64,000 nucleotides of DNA. It comes from an uncultured Chloroflexia bacterium. Lineage in GTDB: Bacteria; Chloroflexota; Limnocylindria; Limnocylindrales; CSP1-4. Position 1 is the first letter of the stretch; every line of letters starts with the position of its first letter. Below, one piece after another: positions 20,937 to 32,793 of the stretch. The notes beneath the pieces are model-generated. The model did no database searches. It was not told the DNA's origin and was given only the letters and a program-made list of their open reading frames with translations. The DNA lies in contig CAWHYQ010000001.1 in assembly GCA_963833705.1 (NCBI GenBank), positions 635,656-699,655 of the forward strand, in the 5' to 3' direction. A program made the position numbers and the translations under genes.

Positions 20937-21082
20937 CGACGGCCTCCTTCTCCGCGCGGTCGCGATCCGGATCGTCGCCCGGCAGGTCGCCCCACGCCCT
21001 CATGGGCGGTCCGCCGCGGCGAGGGGTCCGGCGCGGTACGCTTGCATCGTTCGAGTGTAACGAGCGAGCGAGGACCGACACG

Positions 21083-23830
<2,748 letters not shown>

Positions 23831-23861
23831 GTCCCGGGCCGCGATGGAGGCCGGGCACGAA

Positions 23862-23891
23862 GAAGCCCTCGGGGGAGGAACCGAGGGCTTC
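23862..23891 (+). terminator. 11-bp perfect hairpin GAAGCCCTCGG-gggaggaa-CCGAGGGCTTC after acnA
   Basis: Read directly. It lies 32 nt after the acnA stop and has no T-tract, which is common in high-GC genomes. Confidence 0.5.
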
Positions 23892-24032
23892 ATCGCGGAG
23901 GAGAGATCGCTGTCGTGCCTGTGACGCGCGATCCGGGGGTTCCGTGACGCGCGCCGGGACGGTAGCCGGAGGCGGCTCGCATTCGGCTACGCTCTCGCCC
24001 GTCGGTCGACGCGCCCGCAGCACGAGGTCCCG

Positions 24033-25916
24033 GTGAACAAGCCCTCGCGAGCCGAACGCCTCCGCTACGTCTTCGACAACTTCATGGCCCGCGGCACGAT
24101 CGCCCTGATCCTGGGGCTGTTCGTGGTCGCGGCCGTCGGGGTCATCCTCGTCACGGTCCTCGTCGCGGTCCTCTTCGCGGACAACGGGACCCCGATCTCG
24201 GACCTGCTCTGGAACAGCCTCATGCGGACCCTCGACCCGGGCACGATGGGTGGCGATACGGGATCGTTCGGCTTCCTGCTCGGGATGCTCGGGGTCACGC
24301 TGTTCGGCATCTTCATCATCAGCGCGCTCATCGGCATCATCAACACGGGCCTCGAGGCCAAGCTCACCCAGCTGCGCAAGGGTCGTTCGCCGGTGGTCGA
24401 GTCCGGCCACACGGTCATCCTCGGCTGGTCGCAGGAGATCTTCACGGTCATCTCGGAACTCGTCGAGGCGAACTCGAACCTGCCGAAGAGCGCCATCGTC
24501 GTCCTCGCCGACCGCGACAAGGGCGACATGGATGACGAGATCCGGGCCCGCCTCGGTCACACCGGCAAGACATCCGTCATCTGCCGGTCGGGGGTCCCGA
24601 TGGACATCGACGACCTCGAGATCGCCCGCCTCGAGACGTCACGGGCGATCGTCGTCCTGTCGCCCGAGAGTCCTGACCCGGACGCAGACGTCATCAAGAC
24701 GATGCTCGCGGTCACGAACCACCCGAGACGTCGCGAGGATCCGTACCACATCGTCGCGGAGCTGCGCGACGCCGGGAACATGGATGTGGCGCGCCTGGTC
24801 GGCGGCACCGAGGCGCAACTGATCCTGTCGGGCGACCTGATCTCGCGCATCGTCGCCCAGACCTGCCGGCAAACGGGCCTGTCGGCGGTCTATACCGAAC
24901 TGCTCGATTTCGCCGGCGACGAGATCTACTTCGCGACGCTGCCGCAGCTGACCGGACGACGATTCGGCGAGGCCCTGCTCGATTTCGAGGATTCGACGCT
25001 CATCGGGCTGTGTCCGGCCGGTGGGTCCCCCAAGCTCAACCCACCGATGGACACCATCATCGCGGAGGGCGACCAGGTGGTCGTCATCACCGAGGACGAC
25101 GACACCGTGCGCCTGGCCACGGAGCGCGCGGCCGTCGACGAGGCCGCCATCCGGGACGTCGAGCCGGCCACGACCGCGCCGGAGCGGACGCTGGTCCTTG
25201 GCTGGAACCGCCGCGCACCGGCAGTCATCCGCGAACTGGATGGCTATGTCGCCGAGGGTTCCGAGGTCGTCGTCGTGGCCGAGCTCGTGGAGGTCGAGGA
25301 TGCGATCGGAACGCTCCGGCCGTCCCTCGTGAACCAGGCGGTCCGGTTCATCCGGGCGGACACGACCAATCGACGGGTCCTCGAGGTCCTCGACCTGCCG
25401 ACGTTCGATCACATCGTCGTGCTCTGCTATTCGGACGCGCTCGACACGCAGCGCGCCGATTCGAAGACGATCATCACCCTGCTCCACCTGCGTGACATGG
25501 AGGACCGGAGCGGCCTCGACTTCTCGATCGTGTCCGAGATGCTCGACCTACGGAACCGCGCCCTGGCCGAGGTGACCCACGCCGACGACTTCATCGTCAG
25601 CGCCCGCCTGGTGAGCCTGCTCATGGCCCAGGTGGCCGAGAACGCCCATCTCAACGCGGTCTTCGCCGACCTCTTCGACCAGGACGGCTCGGAGATCTAC
25701 CTGCGGCACGCAGGCGACTACGTCGAGCCGGGCAGCGAGGTGACCTTCGCCACCATCGTCACGTCCGCGCTGCGGCGGAACGAGGTCGCCATCGGATATC
25801 GCACGATCGCGGGACCGGGGGCCCCGTCAACGGGTCATGGGGTGACCATCAATCCACCCAAGTCGGCGCGCCTGACCCTGACCGCACGCGACGCTGTCAT
25901 CGTCCTGGCGGAATGA
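24033..25916 (+). CDS. CASTOR/POLLUX-related putative ion channel with tandem RCK/TrkA-like domains
   Basis: 627-aa ORF with a GTG start. It has N-terminal TM helices plus a pore-like TLDPGTMGGD segment, then two repeats of HTVILGW/RTLVLGWN Rossmann-like RCK modules. Confidence 0.7.
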   Translation: MNKPSRAERLRYVFDNFMARGTIALILGLFVVAAVGVILVTVLVAVLFADNGTPISDLLWNSLMRTLDPGTMGGDTGSFGFLLGMLGVTLFGIFIISALIGIINTGLEAKLTQLRKGRSPVVESGHTVILGWSQEIFTVISELVEANSNLPKSAIVVLADRDKGDMDDEIRARLGHTGKTSVICRSGVPMDIDDLEIARLETSRAIVVLSPESPDPDADVIKTMLAVTNHPRRREDPYHIVAELRDAGNMDVARLVGGTEAQLILSGDLISRIVAQTCRQTGLSAVYTELLDFAGDEIYFATLPQLTGRRFGEALLDFEDSTLIGLCPAGGSPKLNPPMDTIIAEGDQVVVITEDDDTVRLATERAAVDEAAIRDVEPATTAPERTLVLGWNRRAPAVIRELDGYVAEGSEVVVVAELVEVEDAIGTLRPSLVNQAVRFIRADTTNRRVLEVLDLPTFDHIVVLCYSDALDTQRADSKTIITLLHLRDMEDRSGLDFSIVSEMLDLRNRALAEVTHADDFIVSARLVSLLMAQVAENAHLNAVFADLFDQDGSEIYLRHAGDYVEPGSEVTFATIVTSALRRNEVAIGYRTIAGPGAPSTGHGVTINPPKSARLTLTARDAVIVLAE

Positions 25917-26754
25917 CTCCGCCCGTGTCGTCGGGCCCTTCGTCCGCCGTCGGAGCGATTCGCAGGGTCCGTCCGACATTGCCGACCAACAGGGCGACGG
26001 CCGACACGAGATAGAGCTGCCCGACGAGGCCTTCGGAGATCGCGATCATCCGGCACAGGCTGTTCGCCGCGGTGAAGTCGCCATAGCCCACGGTCGCCAA
26101 CGTCGTGTAACTGAAATAGAGGTAGTCGGCCGTGCCCGGCGTGGTGGTCTGCACGAAGAACGGCGCGCCGGTGAGCGTCGCGAGGAGCGGGAACAGGTAC
26201 GCGTAGGCAAGGCCGAGCAGGAGGTAGATCGCGAGGGCGCCCAGAACGAGGCGCACCGTGATCGTCGGGCTGACGAAGATCCGGCGCAGGATGACGACGG
26301 GTGCGACCACCGCCAGGAGCAGCCCGACGAGACCGGCCGTCGACGACGCCACCGTATCGCCGAGGAGCAGCGCAGCGGCGGCGCTCAGCACGGCGGCCGT
26401 GACCACGACCGCTGAGATCCTGAAGGTCCGTCGGTGCGCCTCGGCGGTATGGAGGACGAACAGGAGCGTCCCGCCGCTCAGAGCGACGCTGACGAGCTGG
26501 CCCCTGGTGCCCTGCGCCGCCGCGAACACGATGATCGTGAGCAGGATCAGGATCAGCACGACCCCGAAGTCGTCCTTCCGGTCGTACCAGGCGTTGGCCC
26601 GCTGGCGACGCGTCTCACCGGGGCTCGTGTCGGCACCATCGTCGGCGATGGTAGCGGACGAGCCGACGGGGAACGCGCCGAGGCTACGATGGGGCGTGCG
26701 CTTCTTCGACCGACGCGAGACGACCCGACGTGCCAGGGAGACCTTTGACGACAC
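25897..26754 (-). CDS. potassium channel family protein (2-TM pore domain)
   Basis: K+ selectivity filter TLATVGYGDF flanked by hydrophobic helices, with extra N-terminal TM segments. The 3' end overlaps the convergent channel gene by 20 nt. The GTG start is uncertain. Confidence 0.75.
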   Translation of the reverse strand: MSSKVSLARRVVSRRSKKRTPHRSLGAFPVGSSATIADDGADTSPGETRRQRANAWYDRKDDFGVVLILILLTIIVFAAAQGTRGQLVSVALSGGTLLFVLHTAEAHRRTFRISAVVVTAAVLSAAAALLLGDTVASSTAGLVGLLLAVVAPVVILRRIFVSPTITVRLVLGALAIYLLLGLAYAYLFPLLATLTGAPFFVQTTTPGTADYLYFSYTTLATVGYGDFTAANSLCRMIAISEGLVGQLYLVSAVALLVGNVGRTLRIAPTADEGPDDTGGVIPPGR

Positions 26755-28174
26755 GGGCTACACGCTCGACGCGCTGACCGGACGGCTCGGCACCCACGCC
26801 TTCACCCACCTCGCCCACGGCGAGCTGGCGCCGCTCCGCCGGTCGACCGAGGGCGGCGACCGGCTCGACCATCTCCTGCGCCTGTTCGTGCTCGGGATCG
26901 AGGTCCCGCTCGAGGCCGCCCGGGAGGCCCTCCGCCCTCTCCCGATCGATGCGTGGGAATCCGGCGGCCTGATCACCACGGATGGCGCGGTGGCTCGCGG
27001 GCGCCTGGCCATCCGGCCGCTCGGTGGACCGGACGACTGGCTCGTCGCCCACGACCTCGCGGCCCCGGTCGGTCACCCCGTCGCGACCGATCACGTCCTG
27101 GGCGTCAGCGCCTCCACGATGGCCCTCGCCGGCGCGACGATCCGGCGCCCGATCGAGGCCGCGTTCGACCTCGGGACCGGTGGCGGCATCCAGGCCCTGC
27201 ACGCCTCGGCGCACAGCCGGCGCGTGGTGGCGTCGGACCTGAACCCGCGCGCGGCCGCGTGCGCCACGCTGACGATGGAGCTCAACGACCGCCCCGAGGT
27301 CGACGTGCGGCTGGGCGACCGCTTCGAACCCGTCGCCGGGGAACGGTTCGACCTCATCGTGGCCAACCCGCCGTTCGTCATCTCACCGTCCCGGCGTTAC
27401 CTGTTCCGCGACGGCGAGCTCCCGGTCGACGACCTGTCGCGGTCCATCGTCCGGTCCGCGCCCGACCATCTGCGGCCCGGCGGACATTGCCAGCTGCTGG
27501 CCTCGTGGGCGCACGTGGCGGGCGAGGACTGGCGGGCGCGACTGACGGCCTGGTTCGAGGACACCGGGTGCGATGCCCTCGTCCTGGAGCGCGAGGTGCT
27601 GGACCCGGCGGCCCATGCGGCGAGCTGGCTCCGGCAGACCGAACCACCCGATCGCTGGGGGTCCGAGTACGACGAGTGGCTGGCCTACGACGAGGCGAAT
27701 GGCGTCGAGGCCATCGGCTTCGGTCTGATCACGATGCGCAAGCGGGTCGGCGGGCGACCGTGGGTCAGGATCGAGGAGGCGCCGCAGGACTTCGCGATGC
27801 CCTGCGGCGACCACCTCGGGGCCGCCTTCGAACTGGCCGACTTCCTCGAGGGTCGACCGGGCGAGGCGCTGCTCGGCGTCGCCCTGCGCGTCGCTCCGGA
27901 CGTCGTCCTCGATGAGCGAGCCGGCCCCGCATCCGGTGACTGGGCGGTGACCGACCGTCGCCTGCGCCAGACGAGCGGGCTGTGCCAGGAGGGAGGGGTC
28001 GATGGCGCGGTCGCCGCGATCGTGGCCGCCTGCGACGGCGAACGGTCCCTGGCGATCGTCCTGTCCGAAGCGGCCGACGCCGCCGACGTCGCCCCGTCCG
28101 GTCTGGCGCGTGCGGCCCTGCCCATCCTGCGGCGGCTCGTCGAGCTGGGGTTCCTGCTCCCCGTCGCGGGCTGA
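26696..28174 (+). CDS. large class I SAM-dependent methyltransferase (NPPF-type, HemK/N6-MTase-like core with N- and C-terminal extra domains)
   Basis: Motif I DLGTGGGIQAL and motif IV IVANPPF. The upstream part of track ORF 26258-28174 is antisense shadow of the K+ channel gene. Candidate starts are GTG 26696 or ATG 26648. Confidence 0.7.
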   Translation: MRFFDRRETTRRARETFDDTGYTLDALTGRLGTHAFTHLAHGELAPLRRSTEGGDRLDHLLRLFVLGIEVPLEAAREALRPLPIDAWESGGLITTDGAVARGRLAIRPLGGPDDWLVAHDLAAPVGHPVATDHVLGVSASTMALAGATIRRPIEAAFDLGTGGGIQALHASAHSRRVVASDLNPRAAACATLTMELNDRPEVDVRLGDRFEPVAGERFDLIVANPPFVISPSRRYLFRDGELPVDDLSRSIVRSAPDHLRPGGHCQLLASWAHVAGEDWRARLTAWFEDTGCDALVLEREVLDPAAHAASWLRQTEPPDRWGSEYDEWLAYDEANGVEAIGFGLITMRKRVGGRPWVRIEEAPQDFAMPCGDHLGAAFELADFLEGRPGEALLGVALRVAPDVVLDERAGPASGDWAVTDRRLRQTSGLCQEGGVDGAVAAIVAACDGERSLAIVLSEAADAADVAPSGLARAALPILRRLVELGFLLPVAG

Positions 28175-28176
28175 GG

Positions 28177-28668
28177 TCAGACCTTCTTGTTCGCCTTGAG
28201 ATCCCAGCCGGCCGAGACCGGCGGACCCAGCGCGCCCGTCGGCAGCTGCTGGCTATAGGAGATCTCGAACTTCGCGTACCCGAGCGAGAACTGCTCGATC
28301 GGCACGTCGCCGTCCTCGGCGTCATGGTCGACGCTGGTGACCAGCACATCCGTCAGCTTGTACTTCAGGTATTCGGCGCCCTTGTTCTTGCCGGCCGCAC
28401 GGACGCCCGCGAGCGATGCGTACTTGATGTGCGAACCGGTGGCAGCGGCCAGGAACAACTTGGGCGACGCCTTGCTGACCTTGGTGACGAAGTGGAAGTC
28501 TTCGAAGGTCGTCTTGCCGGCACCGGCACCGCCTCCGGTCGGACCGCCGGCGCCGCCGGCTCGTTCCGCGCCCCACGACCAGGCGAGGACGTCGATCTCG
28601 CCCTTGTGGGCGGCATCGGTCACTTCACCCTCGATGCCATCGATCTTGAGGAACCAGTGGTCAGCCAC
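28177..28668 (-). CDS. hcp: Hcp1-family protein (type VI secretion tube protein homolog), orphan
   Basis: 163 aa with a GTG start. WFLKIDGIEGEVTDAAHKGEIDVLAWSWG ... SKASPKLFLAAATGSHI ... YLKYKLTDVLVTSV ... GWDLKANKKV matches the Hcp/T6SS_HCP pattern end to end. No other T6SS genes are in the window. Confidence 0.8.
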   Translation of the reverse strand: MADHWFLKIDGIEGEVTDAAHKGEIDVLAWSWGAERAGGAGGPTGGGAGAGKTTFEDFHFVTKVSKASPKLFLAAATGSHIKYASLAGVRAAGKNKGAEYLKYKLTDVLVTSVDHDAEDGDVPIEQFSLGYAKFEISYSQQLPTGALGPPVSAGWDLKANKKV

Positions 28669-28721
28669 GTCCCGTCTACCTTGGCACGAGACCGGGCTCG
28701 ATGCAAGTTGACGGCCGAGCT

Positions 28722-28748
28722 ATCATAGACCGACGGTCGGTCTATCAA
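28722..28748 (-). promoter_or_regulatory. candidate hcp promoter (TTGATA - 15 nt - TATGAT) with an embedded perfect palindrome ATAGACCGAC-G-GTCGGTCTAT (28725-28745); likely TetR operator
   Basis: The palindrome (10+10, no mismatch) fills the spacer between the -35 and -10 boxes read on the minus strand. It ends 2 nt before the TetR ATG on the plus strand. Confidence 0.5.
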
Positions 28749-29446
28749 TGGAGGCGATGGGCTTGGCGAGGACACTCGACCCCACGGCGCACGCGCTGCG
28801 ACGGGACGTCTTCGTCGACGCCGGGCAGCACCTGATCGAGGTCAAGGGCTACGACCAGTTGACGGTCGAAGAGCTCCTCGATTCGGTCGGTGCGTCGAAG
28901 GGCGCCTTCTATCACTACTTCGACTCGAAGGTGGCCCTGCTCGATGCGGTGGTCGAGCGGATGACTGAGGCCGCGGCGGCGATCATCGAGCCGATCGTGA
29001 CCGATCCGACCCTGTCGGCCGTCCAGAAGCTCGAAGCCGTGTTCGCCGGGATCGCCCGCTGGAAGGGTGAGCGGACCGACCTGGTGCTGGCAGTCCTCCA
29101 GGTCTGGCTGGCCGACGAGAACGCCATCGTCCGTGAGAAGTTCCGGCGCCGGATCGCCTGGCGGCTGACGCCGCTGCTGGCCGACATCGTCGAGCAGGGC
29201 CAGGCAGAGGGACGATTTACGGCAAGCTCCGCCGATCATGTCGCCCGCGTCCTCGTGTCCCTCATCCAGGGCGCCAACGAGGTGGCCACCGACCTCTATT
29301 TTGCGCGCCGGGCGGGCACCGTCTCGTTCGCGTTCGTCGAGTCGAGGCTGGCCGCCTACTCGGAGGCCTTCGACCGGACACTGGGTCTTCCGGCGGGATC
29401 GCTCCGCTGGCTCGACCACTCCACCCTCCGCCAATGGTTCGGCTGA
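28748..29446 (+). CDS. TetR/AcrR family transcriptional regulator
   Basis: N-terminal HTH YDQLTVEELLDSVGASKGAFYHYFDSK. 232 aa, divergent from hcp and upstream of the ABC exporter. Confidence 0.85.
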   Translation: MEAMGLARTLDPTAHALRRDVFVDAGQHLIEVKGYDQLTVEELLDSVGASKGAFYHYFDSKVALLDAVVERMTEAAAAIIEPIVTDPTLSAVQKLEAVFAGIARWKGERTDLVLAVLQVWLADENAIVREKFRRRIAWRLTPLLADIVEQGQAEGRFTASSADHVARVLVSLIQGANEVATDLYFARRAGTVSFAFVESRLAAYSEAFDRTLGLPAGSLRWLDHSTLRQWFG

Positions 29447-29471
29447 TACCGACACATCAAGGGAGTCCGAC

Positions 29472-30399
29472 ATGACCACCGCCATGGCCACGGCCATCGA
29501 GCTTGATGGGCTGACCAAGTCCTACGGCGCCCATCGCGGCATCGTCGACCTCGACCTCGCCGTCGACGGAGGGCGAGGCGTTCGGCTTCCTCGGACCGAA
29601 CGGCGCCGGCAAGACGACCACCATCCGGATCCTGCTCGACCACCTCCGCCCGACGGCGCGGACGGGCGCGTGTCTTCGGCATCGAGACGACCGTCGATCC
29701 GGTCGGCGATCCATCGCCGGGTCGGCTACCTGCCGGGCGAGTTCACGCTGTACGACAAGCTGACCGGCGGCCAGACGATCGAGTACTTCGCGAACCTTCG
29801 CGGCGGCGATCGACCTCGCCTACCAGGCGGAGCTGATCGAGCGCCTCGACATCGACCCGTCGCGGCGCTTCCGCGAGTACTCGAAGGGCAACAAGCAGAA
29901 GGTCGGACTGGTCATCGCGCTCCAGCACCGGCCGGACCTGCTGATCCTCGACGAGCCGACGTCGGGGCTCGATCCGCTGGTCCAGCAGACCTTCTACGAG
30001 ATCATCCGCGAGACCAAGGCCGAGGGCCGGACGATCTTCCTGTCCAGCCACATCCTGTCCGAGGTCGAGAAGACGTGCGACCGGGTGGCCATCATCCGCG
30101 ACGGCCGGCTGGCGCAAGGTCGACCGCGTCGAGGCCCTGCGCGACCTCGCCCACCACCAGGTCGAGCTGCGCTTCGCCGGGGCCGTGCCGCGGGCCGAGT
30201 TCGAGGGCCTGCCGGGCGTCACCGACGTGACCGTCGAGGACGACCATCCTGCGGTTGCGCGTGTCGGGCCCGATGACGCCGGTCGTGCGTGCCGCGGCGG
30301 CCTACGAGCTCGCTCGACTTCGTGAGCCGCGAGCCGTCGCTCGAGGAGACCTTCCTCGCCCAATACGGCGAGCCGGCCGACGCGGAGCGCCGGACATGA
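29472..30399 (+). pseudogene. ABC-2-type exporter ATP-binding protein, interrupted by 7 single-base frame changes
   Basis: Hand translation with frame hops near 29572, 29659, 29705, 29808, 30115, 30248 and 30312 gives a complete ATPase. Walker [10 protein letters not shown], signature YSKGNKQKV, Walker B LLILDEPTSGLD and H-loop SSHIL are all present. The stop overlaps the permease ATG (ATGA). Confidence 0.8.
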
Positions 30400-32096
30400 C
30401 CACCGACGTCCGTCAGGGGGCCGGGCCGGCCAACCACCCCGTTCCCCTGGGCAAGCGGATCTACGGCCTGGGCAGCGTCTTCGGCAAGACCCTGCGCGAC
30501 TCGCGCCGGGCGACGATCGTCGTCGGTGTCGTCCTCGGCCTCATCCTCATCGCCGTCAGCAAGGCCATCGTCGTCCGAGTTCGCGACGGTCCAGTCGCGG
30601 AAGGAGATGGCCGATCTCATCCGGTCCGTCCCGCCGATCATGCAGGGACTCGCCGGCAAGCCCGGTCAACGTCGAGACGCTCGGCGGGTACGTCCAGTAC
30701 AAGTACGGCACGTTCTTCCCGCTGGTCGTCAGCCTGTGGTCGATCCTGGCGCTGTCGGGCACGCTCGCCGCCGAGGCCCGACGGGGCAGTCTCGAGTTCG
30801 TCGCGGCGACGCCGCTGACCCGGCGACGGATCGCGCTCGAGAAGGCTCTTCGGCCACGTCGTGGCCCTCACCATCGCGATGGCCCTCATCTTCGTCTCGA
30901 TCGCGATCGCCGGCAGCCTTCGCGACCCTGCCCGGCGACGAGATCTCGATCGGCGCGGCAGCCGGCGTACGCGATCTGGCTGGGCCTCATGGCGCTCGCG
31001 GCCGGCTCCGTCGCGTTCGCCGTCGCCCCGTTCCTCGGACGTGGCGCGGCGGCGGGCATCGCCGGCGCCGTCGATGTTCGGCGGCTTCATCCTCAACGGC
31101 TACCAGAACGCGATCCCCGAGCTCGCGCCGTTCGCCAACCTGACCTGGTTCGGCTGGACCACCAACCACATCCCGCTGGCCGGACTCGTACGACTGGCCG
31201 TCCGTCGCGCTGGTGGCGCGTGGTCGCCGTCATCCTCTTCGGGGTCGGCGTCGAGCGTTCGTGCGGCGCGACCTCGGCGCGACGAGCACCATCCCGACCC
31301 CGAGCCTGCCGCGGGCGCTGGTCGGCCTGCGCGGGCCCGGTCGAGTCGGGCCACCAGCGAGAACCTGCCGGTCTCGGTCGCCTGGGGCGTCGGCATCGGG
31401 CTGTTCGGACTCGTCATCGCCGGCTCCGGACGGATCGTTCGTCGAACAGCTCGGCAAGTCGCCCGACCTGTCCCGCCTTCTGGCACACGGTCTTCCCGGG
31501 CTATCGACATCGCCACCGTCGGCGGCTTCCTCGAGCTCCTGTTCATCGAGTTCGGGTTCATCCTCGCCGGCCTCGCGGCGGCGACACTGGTCGCGGGCTG
31601 GGCCTCCGACGAGACATCCGGCCGGCTGGAGCTCCTCCTCGCGACGCCGCTGACCCGGATCCGCTGGGTGGTCGCCGGTGCGCGTCGGGGTCTTCGTCGG
31701 TATCGGGGTCATCGTGGCCATCGCCGCCGTCGGGCATCGCGATCGGCGCGACCATCACCGGCGGTGACATCGCCACGCCCGTCATCGGGACGCTGGCCCT
31801 CGGCCTGTACGCGGTGGCGCTGGCCGGCGTCGGGATCGCCGTCGGCGGCCTCGTCGGGACGGGCGCCGCCGGACCGGTCGTGGCGATCCTGACGATCCTC
31901 ATCTGGCTCGTCGACATCCTCGCCCCGGCGCTCGGCCTGCCGAATGCGGTCCAGTCAGCTGGCGCTGACCGCACACTACGGCCAGCCGATGCTCGGCAAC
32001 TGGGATCCGGTCGGGATCGTCGTCTCGCTCGTCCTGGCGGTCGGCGGGGTCGGCCTCGGGGCGTGGGGCTTCGCCCGCCGGGACCTGCAGGGCTGA
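30396..32096 (+). pseudogene. ABC-2 family exporter permease, interrupted by about 16 single-base frame changes
   Basis: Hydrophobic membrane-protein segments are spread over all three frames (ORFs 30255, 30526, 30861, 30989, 31213). They join into one protein of about 560 aa if the frame is changed near 30576, 30664, 30845, 30918, 30967, 31073, 31188, 31219, 31256, 31340, 31431, 31475, 31502, 31683, 31735 and 31955. Confidence 0.65.
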
Positions 32097-32203
32097 CGCT
32101 GGGAGAACCGCGAGCGCCCGCCCAGCGCCGAAGTGCGGCTCACGCCGAGGCCGAGGCATCGGGCAACGCTCCTGGACGCCACACGTCGCGCTACAGTGGA
32201 CCG

Positions 32204-32716
32204 ATGGCGACCTCCATACTCGGCGACGCCTTCGCCCATCATGTCTGGGCGACCGAGCGCCTGATCGACGCCTGCGCCGCCCTCACGCCCGAGCAGTTGA
32301 CGACGCCGGTTCCCGGCACGTTCGGCTCGATCATCGACACGTTGCGGCACCTCGTCGGCGCCGATGGGTGGTACCTGTCGTTCTTCGACAGCGGGACGAC
32401 GCAGATCGACGAGACGGCGGACACGAGCCTCGCCGGACTGCGGGGGGCGATCGCGAGCAACGGCGTGGCATGGACGCACCTGCTCGCCGGGGAGGTCGAC
32501 CCCGATGCCGACGTGGTGGAGCGCGGTGATGACGGCTCGGCGTTCCACGCGGCGATGGGCATCCGCATCGCGCAGGTCATCCACCACGGCACCGATCACC
32601 GCAGCCAGGTGTGCACCGCCCTGTCGAGCCTCGGCGTGACGCCGCCGCTGATCGACGTGTGGGACTTCGCCGAGGCGACGGGCCGCGCTTGGGGGGTGCC
32701 CGCGCCGGCTCCCTAG
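32204..32716 (+). CDS. DinB family protein
   Basis: The ATG at 32204 gives MATSILGDAFAHHVWATERLIDACAALTPEQL. The His triad context (HHVWA, LRHLVGAD, HHGTDHRSQ) is typical of DinB/YfiT-like four-helix bundles. Confidence 0.8.
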   Translation: MATSILGDAFAHHVWATERLIDACAALTPEQLTTPVPGTFGSIIDTLRHLVGADGWYLSFFDSGTTQIDETADTSLAGLRGAIASNGVAWTHLLAGEVDPDADVVERGDDGSAFHAAMGIRIAQVIHHGTDHRSQVCTALSSLGVTPPLIDVWDFAEATGRAWGVPAPAP

Positions 32717-32758
32717 CCGTGCCGGGCGGCACCGCCTCGGGAGCCACCGAGCGCAGAA

Positions 32759-32778
32759 ACAGGGCCCGAAGGCCCTGT
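32759..32778. terminator. 8-bp hairpin ACAGGGCC-CGAA-GGCCCTGT between the convergent DinB gene and tRNA-Val
   Basis: Read directly. It lies 15 nt beyond the tRNA 3' end and 43 nt after the DinB stop, so it could act in both directions. Confidence 0.45.
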
Positions 32779-32793
32779 CCTGTTCGATCATCG

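Noticed and set aside
23892-24032. Possible c-di-AMP (ydaO-type) riboswitch ahead of the cation channel; the same idea applied to 51762-51907 ahead of the LysM gene.
   Set aside because: Only vague resemblances were found (GGGUGAUCC, AACCUCCGAAAGG). The diagnostic CCCGAACCCG...CAGCUAACCUCGUAAGCG block is absent.
28177-28668. The Hcp gene as evidence for a type VI secretion system in this window.
   Set aside because: No other T6SS component genes are within 64 kb, so only an orphan Hcp homolog can be claimed.
29472-32096. Programmed ribosomal frameshifting or transcriptional slippage as the explanation for the frame changes.
   Set aside because: The sites share no slippery heptamer, homopolymer run or downstream structure motif. 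The extra bases differ (G, C, A/T), and 23 consecutive programmed events in one operon has no precedent.
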